Source of the DNA: Phoronis australis
Lineage: Eukaryota > Animalia > Phoronida
Assembly (NCBI GenBank): GCA_002633005.1
Contig: NMRA01000758.1
Location: 62,001 to 126,000 of the forward strand
Direction: 5' to 3'
DNA length: 64,000 nucleotides
Shown: piece by piece, positions 53,674 to 64,000 of the stretch
Numbering within the stretch: the stretch's first letter is position 1
Layout: each line of letters begins with the position of its first letter
Program-made: the position numbers and the translations under genes
The notes under the pieces: generated by a model
Seen by the model: only the letters and a program-made list of their open reading frames with translations
Databases searched by the model: none
What the model was told of the DNA's origin: nothing

Positions 53674-54757
53674 CTGCACAAAAACAGGGTAAGGAAATGC
53701 ACCTCAAGGTTGTGTAACAAAAACACATGAGCATACAGTGAAGCCAGCTTAATGTCATAACCTCAGTTTCAACATAAATTATGATATAAGTCATTAAGTG
53801 GGTTTCGACTTGGTGGTGATCGTAACTATTCTTCCAAGCTAATCATGTTAAGAGGAGAGTCTCAGAGTAAGGCAGGTAAACAGGAAAATTACTGAAGTTT
53901 ACCCTCAGCGCTAAAAACCAATAAGACAAATGAATTTAAGATGAATTAGGTTGATTTTTAGACAGAAAACCAACGACACACAAGTGACCATATTCGGAAT
54001 ATGACGATAAATCATGACATGATGCACTTATTTTACATGAATGATTCGGGTTTTTTGACATTTCATGACAATAAGCAGGCTAGTGTATTATTCAGTACAG
54101 TATGACATTAAGTGGTGTCCACTGTACTAGAAAATCCAGGTAGTCAACAATACCTACAACTATTACACAAAAGGAACAATAAATTTGCTCATTATGACAT
54201 CTATTGGTCACAAATCATATTCACAACAATTTCTTCTTCACAGTAAAGAGTTCTTTCCCGACAGCAGTTTGAACCTGTCCTGGTAGTTATGTTGATTAGG
54301 TTTAACTTTTACAAGCAATAGCTGCACGCTTACGTATGTCCTTGTTCAGAGACATCATGTGAAATGAGTGAAGACAATGGCATGAAAAGCACTCCTGTAC
54401 ATTGTCCATTGTTTTAGAAAAGTATATCCTTGTTATCTTTCTTTAAAGCATTTGATGCTAACATGCAAAAAGGGATGTTAAAAAAAATCAAAGGATCTCG
54501 AAATTAGACTTGCATGTTTCTCTTTTTTGCTTCTAGTCTGAATTATCATACAGCAATTAGCAGTGAAGTAGATGAATGGTTGATATTGCAACAAAAACCT
54601 AACCAGATGAGAGTCAATATTAGATGGAAGTTAAGTACTCTAGTCTTTCATTTATGTGTTATCCTCAGGTCAGATGATTGTTACACCGTAACACCTACAA
54701 AGCACGATATGTATTATGATGCGCGCTCAGAAAACTTAAAAATAGGGAATAAATCAC

Positions 54758-54890
54758 CTGGACTCCACAGGGAAAGGCTCATACAGGAACTTCTTGTAGA
54801 AATGTTTCTTGATGTCATGAACAAGAATGACTGCCACGCCCTGGTCATCAAATTGTGGCCGTCCCGCCCGGCCCATCATCTGGAGCACAT
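54758..54890 (-). CDS. ASCC3: ASCC3 exon, helicase motif VI
   Basis: [48 protein letters not shown] boundaries, phases consistent. Confidence 0.95.
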
Positions 54891-55462
54891 CTGTTGGTGG
54901 CGTGAGATGTTAGTGCAGTGTATTAAAATACAGTAAAACAGATGTAAGTACCATGTGCACGAGTCAGATTTGCGATTAACAATTAAAGACAAAATTCCAC
55001 CAAATAAGTCGACTTAACCTTACTTATAAAATCTCTCTGTCTTGTTTTTCCTTTTAATGTGATTTTTAACTGTTGTTTTGAAATAAAAAATGTCTGTGTA
55101 TGCCCTAAATATAAGTCTGATATTATTTTGGTTGGTTATGAATTAAAGAGCTTGTTTTGATAACGTCATGGTATTGCGATCAGGACCATTCAAAAGAATC
55201 AGATAAATGTCATGAACTAAATATTGGTTTTCAGTGTCTGTTGGCAACGGAAATCAAGTTCTATTTTTGTAAGGATTATTATGAGACCAATTTATGAATT
55301 TAACAGGCTTAACACCATTTTCCATTTTTTGGCAGCTTAACAGGATGAAACACAGCTTTAACAGCATTAAATCATAGTCCCTCCATTTGGTGACAGACAG
55401 GCAGATCTTGCACCAGGTGTCCGTTTACTCAACAAAGCCGTAACAAACACAACCATACCGAC

Positions 55463-55583
55463 CTGTAATTGGGAAGTCCACATAGCGGCATAGCTTGCCA
55501 TCAAAGTACTCTGTACCCTTGACAACCACCAGGTGAGCAGGGAAGTTGACACCCCAAGCTAAAGTACTGGTGGCAACTAACAC
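55463..55583 (-). CDS. ASCC3: ASCC3 exon, motif V
   Basis: [40 protein letters not shown]. Confidence 0.95.
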
Positions 55584-56361
55584 CTGGTAAAGAACACAAA
55601 TTTTTTTTAAACAACATTGTAAAACAAAGTATACTTCTAAGACAAACAGTACATTCCTTATATCTTTAACAGGCATTGTCTGAATAAATTGCCAAAAGAA
55701 TTTATAGGCACAACTTCCTTGAAGCTATACAGAGCACTGTCTCACCAGTTACCAACTTCTGAATCAAACGAAGTAAAATAAGAATTACGCAGTTCATAAG
55801 CTAGATGGCTCCATTCCAACCACAGCGTAACAAGAAAATAAGAAGTGTTTACTCGTCCTATATCACGGCTCGACTTTTGCCGTGTGTTGAAAATTAAAAC
55901 TGAAACAATAAATATTCATCACAGTGAGAAATGGGATGTCCCAAGGTAATAGCCGTGTTACCAAAGCAGCACTTAATAAAGCTTTGAAGTGTCCAGGTTG
56001 GTGTCACCACAAAGAATTTCTGAGATTCAAAGATGTTGACGGTGTGCTCACCACTAAGTAATAGTTTATGGCAAACATTCAGTCTGAGGTTTATTTGTCT
56101 ATAGTACACGAAGTGGCTGATGTACCTCTCTGTGTGCAATCACACAAATCGCTAGTTTGGGTGCATGTCCAATCTCAACAATCCGATATTTTCTTGATTG
56201 AAAGTCTAAGGCACACCCGCTCCTTTGTGAGTTTCCCAATTCAAACACTCTCGGCATTTACTAGGGGAAATGTGGAAAATAATATTAAGTTCTTGAACAA
56301 TACACAGTAGCTGGTTGTTCATTTTCTATTAATGTGGTAGCCTAATGCAATATTGGTTCAC

Positions 56362-56499
56362 CTGTATCTTGGAGTTGACAAACAATTCTTCCACTGTCTT
56401 CCTGTCCCGCTCATGAAGACCAGCGTGATGGATGCCAATACCGAAGGCCAGGGTGAGCTTCAAGTTGGCGTCATGAATGCCAGCTATGATGTTCTCCAT
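56362..56499 (-). CDS. ASCC3: ASCC3 exon
   Basis: MENIIAGIHDANLKLTLAFGIGIHHAGLHERDRKTVEELFVNSKIQ. Confidence 0.95.
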
Positions 56500-56792
56500 C
56501 TACAACAATCAGTCATTACCAAGAGAAAATGTCAAGCACTAGCTCAATTTTGCACAAAATAAAATCTTGATGAAAAGAAACGACACACAGACGCACCTTT
56601 GCACAACACATTGACAGAAAGTCAGTGTCCTATTGTTCTAAATCAAATATAATACAATTGCTCAGAGCACCACACAGCTTTGTCATGCATAATTACACAC
56701 TGCTTTCGTTTTAAAGGAACTCTGCACTGCTTTATAACTGTTCCTCTCCTGGTAAAAGTTCCCACAAATTTTCCCTACATTCCCGCACATAC

Positions 56793-56935
56793 CTCAATCT
56801 CCGGGTTGTGTAGCCATTGTTTAGGGTTGTCCTCAGCAGCTAAGAAGGCAATCAGGTCAAGAGCCGTGAGTCTAGTTTGGCGACGAGATGACACAAACAC
56901 CAACGCAGGCTTAGCAGGGGAGTGGGTACGAATGG
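56793..56935 (-). CDS. ASCC3: ASCC3 exon, motif IV
   Basis: [48 protein letters not shown]. Confidence 0.95.
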
Positions 56936-57477
56936 CTGAAAATGATCAAACAGACCAGTAACAATTCTGATCATCTATGGAAAAGGTTTCATGGCTTACA
57001 AACAACTGAGTAGCAAAATACAGCTAGACGAAGGCTGGCTTACTTTTGATGGCAATACATTTTGACTCTACTGGTCAAATGTATTCACTCTTCCCACCTG
57101 TATGGCACTCAGATACACTGATGTTTCCATACACCCTTGGCAACTTAGAACCATTCAGTGGAAGTACTAGCAAGGCAATAGGAAGAATGAAACACAGTAA
57201 CGTTCCCTGTACTTTCAGTAATTGTGAAGTTTGCTACCCAATTTTAATTTTAAAAATTCAAGTCTCAAATTCTTTATACAAGAATTGCTTATATACCAGA
57301 ATCACTAGCTTATTTCAACAGACCAGTCACCATATGGTAAATCACCAGGCAACTTTTGGATAAAATTATCACAATATAGTTGACTGCTGCAATTTGTCGC
57401 TTGTTTTCATAAATATTTTGTGTGGTTTGAATCGTGTATCTAATACCACCTGAAAGTTGGGTACATTCAGGTCTCAC

Positions 57478-57598
57478 CTTGAAAGGTCGGTTTATTCATG
57501 GTAGCCATTCTTGGGCAATAGTGTTTGCCAGGGAACCCGTTGATGTGAACCTCAAGGGGCACAGGGCGCACTGAGGGGCGGAAGTTGAACAGGCCCAT
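57478..57598 (-). CDS. ASCC3: ASCC3 exon
   Basis: [40 protein letters not shown]. Confidence 0.95.
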
Positions 57599-57859
57599 CT
57601 GAAAAGGCACACAAAACTGATCACGTGTTATAGAACCTAATCACTTGCTAAAGTAGTAAACAAGTTCAAGGAACACAGACTGAAACACCCACAATGTTAA
57701 AATGCCCCTCACATTGATACTTTGATAAACTACCTCAGTAAAGTTTTTAGACTGAAATGCTTTTGGGAGGTATGTGCATGATAACCAGAGATTTCAGAAG
57801 TCTCAAATTAAAAACAATGTGAAAATGGATATTAATTTCTGTATAAGCATTGACCAGGG

Positions 57860-58050
57860 CTATTTACAGTCCGTACCTGTTTAATACTCAACCAATCTGC
57901 CAGGTCATGTGTACTGACCAGTAATATTTACTGTCCATGCCTGCTCAATGGTCAACCAATTTGCCAGGTCACATGTTTTTATCAATAATATTTACAGTCC
58001 ATACCTGCTTAATGCCCAACCAATCTGCCAGGTCACGTGCGTTGGCCAGT
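57860..58050 (-). repeat. 64-bp tandem triplication spanning an ASCC3 exon/donor junction
   Basis: Equivalent exon-end positions at 58005, 57941 and 57877. Confidence 0.85.
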
Positions 58051-58150
58051 GCTGTTGACAGTCCGACCACACGTACTTGAACACCAGTGTGTGAAGAGAT
58101 GAAGTTAGTACGTGATACAACTACTTCCAGCACAGGACCACGGTCAGCAC
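58005..58150 (-). CDS. ASCC3: ASCC3 exon, motif III
   Basis: [49 protein letters not shown]. Confidence 0.95.
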
Positions 58151-58841
58151 CTAACGATTACATGTGAGATGTTATCCGACAAACATTCAGAAACTAAGAG
58201 GACGATTCCACAGTATTTGTCACCTCCTATATAAAAAACTATCGAGTAATCAAGTATCTGTTAAACTTGTTGGACAAGTTGACTTTCGATTGTTTTTTCC
58301 CTATAGTGACAAATGTATAGTGAGGATAAGACTCTTTCTCAACAGAACTTAGAGAAAATAAACACCACTGAGTATCTTTGTGCGTAACAAAAAAAAAAAT
58401 GCAAAGGAATCATTCAATATTGGAAAGGACGAGTATGCTTGTGCCTTAGGAAACACAAAAATTCTTCTCCTCGTTTGACACTACTTTTCGCCAACCAACC
58501 CCTCACCACTAATACCTCGCCATTAAGTGGAATGAGTGATTTCCAGTAATAAATAATGAATTATCTCCCTCTGCACTAGCAATGAACAAGATCTTAGTCA
58601 CAACAAGGGCACTACTTGATCTCATCATGAAGACTGCTAACTTATAAGACCATCCAGCAGCAGAGTGCTTGAATGAGTTGAAATTGATTCTAACTGAGAA
58701 GGCAATTTATTTTCTTTCGGCCTCCTGAGAAGAATTTCATGCGATATTCAATTATTTTAAGAGGAAACGCAGCCTCAAAACCATACAATAATCATGTTGT
58801 TTACACCTTCATGTTGTTTAAGCTGGATATGACCTACATAC

Positions 58842-59008
58842 CAAGCAGATGTATTTCATCAATGACCAGTAAAGCTACTGCCTGCACATAACCCCTGGTC
58901 TGCCAGCTACGAGAGATACCGTCCCACTTCTCAGGGGTGGTTACAATCAGGTCGGCACTGGCTACAGCTCTCATGTCAGGTGTAACATCACCTGTCAGCT
59001 CAACCACT
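58842..59008 (-). CDS. ASCC3: ASCC3 exon, DEIH box
   Basis: [55 protein letters not shown]. Confidence 0.96.
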
Positions 59009-59159
59009 CTGTAACATACCAATATACAATGATGTCAGGTACAACGCTCATGTAAGAGGTACCATAATACAAGTTTAACTACTCTGTAATACACCATCAA
59101 ACAATGACTACAGTCTGCACTTACTTTCCAATGATTCCCCACATTCCATAAACAATCAT

Positions 59160-59308
59160 TGTCATAAAATAACCTAACTACTCCTCACTACTGTATACAT
59201 CAAGTTCATTGCCATAAAATAACCTAACTACTCCTCACTACTAACTACTCCTCACTACTAACTACTCCTCACTACTAACTACTCCTCACTACTGTATACA
59301 TCAAGTTC
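59160..59308 (+). repeat. Compound tandem repeat (17-bp CTAACTACTCCTCACTA within a ~51-bp duplication)
   Basis: Read directly. Confidence 0.85.
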
Positions 59309-59363
59309 TTGCCAACATGTTACAACACATTACAACTACTATTGATCATTTTCACTCTCCCAC

Positions 59364-59449
59364 CTTTTGCCCAGTTTCTCTTCCAATCGTTTCTTCCAGT
59401 CTTCAATTCTTTCTCTAACCAATGCCTTCAGAGGAGCAATGTACACAGC
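59364..59449 (-). CDS. ASCC3: ASCC3 exon, motif Ia
   Basis: AVYIAPLKALVRERIEDWKKRLEEKLGK. Confidence 0.95.
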
Positions 59450-59682
59450 CTGCAACAGATGTCACACCTGTTACTGATTACAGTAACAGCAACTGATTAC
59501 ACTAACAGTATATACAAAACCCATCAGCAATAATTGCTAACCTAACTAAAACAAAAAATGCGAACAGAATTTCAATAAATCATAAGTTCACGTTTTGTAC
59601 ATAAGATACAACAAAAACCCCAATAAAGCAGGAACAATTATGACAATCAGCGCATTTTGTACAAAATCTCTGCAAGTCCAAC

Positions 59683-59903
59683 CTTTGCCTTAGGTTGTTC
59701 CCTGAAGACCCTGAAGATAGCCATCTCAGCAGCCACCGTCTTGCCTGAGCCTGTGGGTGCTCCAAGCAGTACATTACAGTCAGTGTGGTAAAGAGTGTGG
59801 AAGATCTGGGTCTGTATAGGGTTGAAATGAGTGAAGCTATAAAGAGCCTCCAGTTGGGGGTCATCTAGCGCAGACTTGGGCAGTGGCTCCAGGTCCAGCA
59901 GGT
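59683..59903 (-). CDS. ASCC3: ASCC3 exon, Q motif and Walker A of the C-terminal cassette
   Basis: DLLDLEPLP...[46 protein letters not shown]. Confidence 0.96.
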
Positions 59904-60383
59904 CTGTAACAGGAAGTGGCTATGTGGACTGTGGTCATTATATAGTCAGTTACAATATGTGAAGAGCTGTCCCTAACATACAGCAGACATACTAACTAGT
60001 TTAAAATTATAATTAGACATGTTCTCTTTATGTCTCCATTCACAACAAATCCAAGGAAAGTTCATTATTGATACATTTGACAAATAAAGGTAGAACTTTC
60101 ATGTTTTACTCACACAGACACTGACGGGTGTGATGTCACAAAGTTAACACAAATTCAAAAAAACATGATTTTTGAGCAAACATAAAATTGGCACAACACA
60201 TTGATTCAACTTCAACTGCAAATATGTTATAGCACTGGTCTCATACTTTAAAAAGTTTTTTTAATCCCATTCCATATATTATAATTACACTACTTTAACA
60301 AATCTATAATTGAATACAATGAAAACATGTGATCTCTCAACAATTTCAACTAAATGTCGATGAGATCAACACAGCAGCATTAC

Positions 60384-60552
60384 CTGTGTGTGGTGGGTGT
60401 CTCTCAGGTAAGATCAGGTGTTGAAATGATATGGCGCACATGGAGCTCGCCCCTAGCCACCTGTCTGACTCCGCCCTCACATAGTACTGGGTAGGGAGGG
60501 GCTCAAAGATGGGTATAGTGAACACCAGGTGTTGGGGCTCCTGATTGACCAC
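60384..60552 (-). CDS. ASCC3: ASCC3 exon, end of the first Sec63 unit
   Basis: VVNQEPQHLVFTIPIFEPLPTQYYVRAESDRWLGASSMCAISFQHLILPERHPPHT. Confidence 0.95.
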
Positions 60553-61560
60553 CTGTAGGAAAGATGAACAGATGAGGACAGATGATGTCCAGGATACATA
60601 CATTCTAAAATCAATATGCCTGGATGCACTGATCCACAGCTGACTAACCAAAGTATTAAGCACCTGTCCACTCAATTGTTTCTCAATCTTATTAATAGGC
60701 AACTTGAAACTCAGTAGGCTGCATTAGTGTATCAAGGGTTCTGGCCACAGAAATGCATGAATTCGGGTAGTCACGTGGGACTTTCATTTTCCGATAAACT
60801 GTCTGCTCACAAACTATTCAGATGATCAAAAGAGCAGTCTTACTTAACTACCACCATTTAGTGAGTACCTAGTCCTATATAAAAAGTTAATAGAACTTGA
60901 GGCTTGCAAGTCTGATCCACTTTCTTTCGCACCTTTGTATGTACCTTGAGTGTCAACAGCAGCAAAAGTGCTTCATTCACTACAAGGTTTGTTATTCCGA
61001 CATCTCACCTAACTATGTCATTACCACAATTGGTACCTTAGTTTCAAAGCCACTTGTCGAAACTCAAGACTACTGAATAGAGGTTTACTTGCACGTTTAG
61101 TTTATATTATACAAGCCACCATAGAGAAATCTTAAACACCAGGAACATAAATGAAAACTTTTGAATCTCTTGCATCTACCGAAAAGCATCTGTTGGTGCT
61201 AGCTAAGTAAATTACTTTTTGGAGATAACAGTGTAACTACAAAATAAATTAAAAGTATCTAATATTTAATGGGATACTTGCAAAACATGTCAACTGCTCA
61301 CATGGTACTGAAGACCACTACTCAATGCTGCCATTTTGTTGTGTACACAGGTACTTCTCCTTTATAGTGGGAAATACAGGATAACGTCTTTGAGTTGATG
61401 GAAAGAACATATCATTGTGTAATAGAATACTTGAGACACCAGAACAGCAATGTACCACTGTTTTCAGGTACAGGGCAATAAGAGTTTCAGGCTTTAAAAT
61501 AGTAGTCACCGTCCTATTGACTCTCTACATAAGATGTTTCATAAAAGCCACAATACATAC

Positions 61561-61814
61561 ACTTTTCTTGGTTAGCATGAAGTATTCAGAGTGATACATA
61601 TGGTTGTTGTCAGGATCCTCCACCCAGATCCAGAACGACTCGGAAGTCTTGCCATGCACCCTGTCATTCCAAAGGAACTGTGCAGTGATGGTCAGGCTAA
61701 CTCTTAGTACCGTGCGTGTGATTGGCTGAATTGTGGCCTCAAGTTCCAGGTCAGGAATTTGATTGACACACTCTTTGACACGCCCACCCATGCGCACATG
61801 ATGTATCAGGTGAC
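61561..61814 (-). CDS. ASCC3: ASCC3 exon, Sec63 unit
   Basis: GHLIHHVRMGGRVKECVNQIP...IQPITRTVLRV...WNDRVHG...FWIWVEDPDNNHMYHSEYF. Confidence 0.95.
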
Positions 61815-62027
61815 CTAAACATCAATGTATAAAACATTTCAAAATTATACAAGGAAGTTACATCCGATAAAAAAGACATATTTTAAAGTGACAAATGAGT
61901 TAAAAACTTGTGCTTGATGTTGAAATTGGTAACTTGCCAGGTCAGTTGTAGAGATGATTAGTTTATTTAGAGACAGAAGTTTTTGCCGGGAACCAATCAA
62001 AGGTCTTCGTCCACAGACCCACCTCAT

Positions 62028-62348
62028 CTGGTGAGCATCAAGACAATCAATGAAAGTTTACTATTGTGGAAACGATATCAAGCCTACAAGCACGTCTTAA
62101 TAACAAGCATGTCTATAAAGTTTCAGCCTAAGCTTCCCAGGTGGAGAGCACGTCTTAATAATAAGCAGATCATTAAAATTTAATAATCAAGTTTAAGCTT
62201 CCCAGGTGGTGAGCATGTCTTAATAATAAGCAGGTCTTTAAAATTTAATAATCAAGTTTAAGCTTCCCAGGTGGTGAGCATGTCTTAATAACAAGCAGGT
62301 CTATAAAGTTTAATAATCAAGTCTAAGATTCCCAAGTGGTGAGCACAC
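62028..62348 (+). repeat. Diverged ~57-bp tandem repeat x ~5 next to an ASCC3 donor
   Basis: Unit about GGTGAGCATGTCTTAATAATAAGCAGGTC...AAGCTTCCCAGGT. Confidence 0.8.
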
Positions 62349-62360
62349 GAGACTATTCAC

Positions 62361-62586
62361 CAATTTCATTGGCTTCCATTTCCTTCAGTCGACTAACAGT
62401 CAACTTGTGTCTCTCAATCTTTCCCAGTATTTCTGGTGACAAAGTGGCAAACTGTCGCAGAGGATTCTCAAAAGCCCAAAGTCTTTTATCGACCACTTTA
62501 CTGAGTGTGAGTAGGCGACCAGCCATTATTGGCCAGCCTTTACGAAGGACTATCTCAAACAAAGCTCTCAGAATCCTTGCGGAGTT
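62361..62586 (-). CDS. ASCC3: ASCC3 exon, Sec63 unit
   Basis: NSARILRALFEIVLRKGWPIMAGRLLTLSKVVDKRLWAFENPLRQF...MEANEI. Confidence 0.95.
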
Positions 62587-63067
62587 CTAAAAAAACATGA
62601 AATGAACATTATTTTACACTTAAGTTTCAGCTTTGAATATGTAACATGTAAGAAGAAGAAATGAAATAAAGTGCAATAAATACAAGGGGAAAATATTATT
62701 AAAATGATTAAGTAAAATGAATTGAAAATGACTTTAAGGAAAGGACGTTGCGGGTCAGTTTTAATGGAATAGTCAACAAATGTTGAATTTATAAAGAATA
62801 AAGCAGCATAGTTTCGTATCTTAAAATTCAGAAAACATTAACAGAATAAATACTTAAGTATTGAAACAGTTGCTAGGATGACAAAAATCCATAAAATTGT
62901 TCCTGAGTGACTGAAACTGTAAGAAACACGTATTTCGATAAATGAAATGCTAAAAAGTGAAATACATAGACAGCAGTCGGTGAAGCAGCATAATTCTTAA
63001 TAAAAATCTGCCATTTGAATTCAATGATGTCAGTATAAGATAAAACATAACACCCTATCTAGCATAC

Positions 63068-63244
63068 CTGCGCTGTGTAGGCCATGTCAGAGACCAGAGA
63101 AAAGCTTTCGACATTTGCACGTGACACGTACGTTTGTAGAAGGATGTTCACTTTACCGTACGTGTTCTCAGTGCCACCTGGTGCCGGCATTGGACACGAG
63201 TCCAGCAGGTGGTCATCTAACTCCTGCAGCTCTTCCTCACGCAC
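63068..63244 (-). CDS. ASCC3: ASCC3 exon, Sec63 unit (first one visible; the gene continues beyond the window)
   Basis: VREEELQELDDHLLDSCPMPAPGGTENTYGKVNILLQTYVSRANVESFSLVSDMAYTAQ. Confidence 0.95.
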
Positions 63245-63259
63245 CTGTCGAGGGAAAGT

Positions 63260-63410
63260 GAGATATGACCTGAGTAGAGTTAAGGCATGTGTCCATGAGA
63301 TATGACCTGAGTAGAGTTAAGGCATGTGTCCACGAGATATGACCTGAGTAGAGTTAAGGCATGTGTCCACGAGATATGATCTGAGTAGAGTTAAGGCATG
63401 TGTCCATGAG
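63260..63410 (+). repeat. Minisatellite, 37 bp x4
   Basis: Unit GAGATATGACCTGAGTAGAGTTAAGGCATGTGTCCAY. Confidence 0.95.
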
Positions 63411-63947
63411 GCTGACAGGAATTATACGATAAAATACAACATTTCACAAGAACAGAAAGAGTACAGAAATTGTCCAACTATTCAAAACACAATATGCTAA
63501 ATAAGAGGAATTTCAGCTTTGCCAATGTACAGATACAGAGTCATTAACAAATACAACTGTCTTAACTACACAGTACAGATAACATGAGTGGAACCTTACT
63601 GGCAAGTATTATATACTAAACTAAAATAGATTTTAACACAGTAGAAAGCAGAAAGCCTTTGATTTTTTACCAATCTTTCATTAATTGGGTCACCATGTCT
63701 TTTTAGTAAAAGATAGCAAAACAATAGTTTCAATAACATGTAAATGTTCACAATGAGATCTGAAAAACGCTGTTACAGTTTTCTAAATCATCATCTTGTT
63801 TTCTGTTTGTGCACCTTTAATTTTTTTTCATGAAAATCATAAGTCGCACTTGTATAGCCCTTCATGTAAAAGTGGAAAATTTCTAACGGCATCTTGGAGG
63901 AGAGTATCTGAAAGTTTCATGTGAATCCAATCAGTTATTCCTGAGAT

Positions 63948-64000
63948 ATGATGTTCCCAAATTAATGATGTTCCCAAATTAATGATGTTCCCAAATTAAT
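63948..64000 (+). repeat. 17-bp tandem repeat running off the window
   Basis: ATGATGTTCCCAAATTA x3. Confidence 0.9.

Noticed and set aside
53548-63244. SNRNP200/Brr2 instead of ASCC3
   Set aside because: The C-terminal cassette has ASCC3-type motifs ([40 protein letters not shown]) rather than the degenerate Brr2 versions.

Overview
Eukaryotic, AT-rich, intron-rich DNA, most likely from a marine invertebrate (lophotrochozoan-like; inference), with three single-N assembly gaps at 14445, 24387 and 24980. The right end carries 14 minus-strand exons (63244 to 53548, about 742 codons) of the Ski2-like helicase ASCC3. The gene breaks off at a phase-2 GT donor after 'RRLVMNP', and I could not find the remaining exons in the 53.5 kb to the left. 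That interval instead holds three co-oriented plus-strand gene models. Gene A is seen only as a terminal exon (1163-1838). Gene B is an approximately 492-aa signal peptide/SUEL-like lectin/mucin stalk/TM receptor whose tail has NPxY and a YxV C-terminus (9040-28336). Gene C is a 360-aa signal peptide/SUEL-like/CUB/Thr-rich/TM protein (36723-50756). The simplest reading is a cluster of lectin-type surface receptors nested antisense in one very large ASCC3 intron. The introns contain decayed Kolobok-like elements (THAP plus KolX), a MITE family, a Helentron-like element with a haplotype-specific TA-inserted transposon, a LINE 3' fragment, a 107-bp inverted repeat carrying two hammerhead-ribozyme-like cores, and many minisatellites. 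All calls come from manual reading and translation; no database searches were run.
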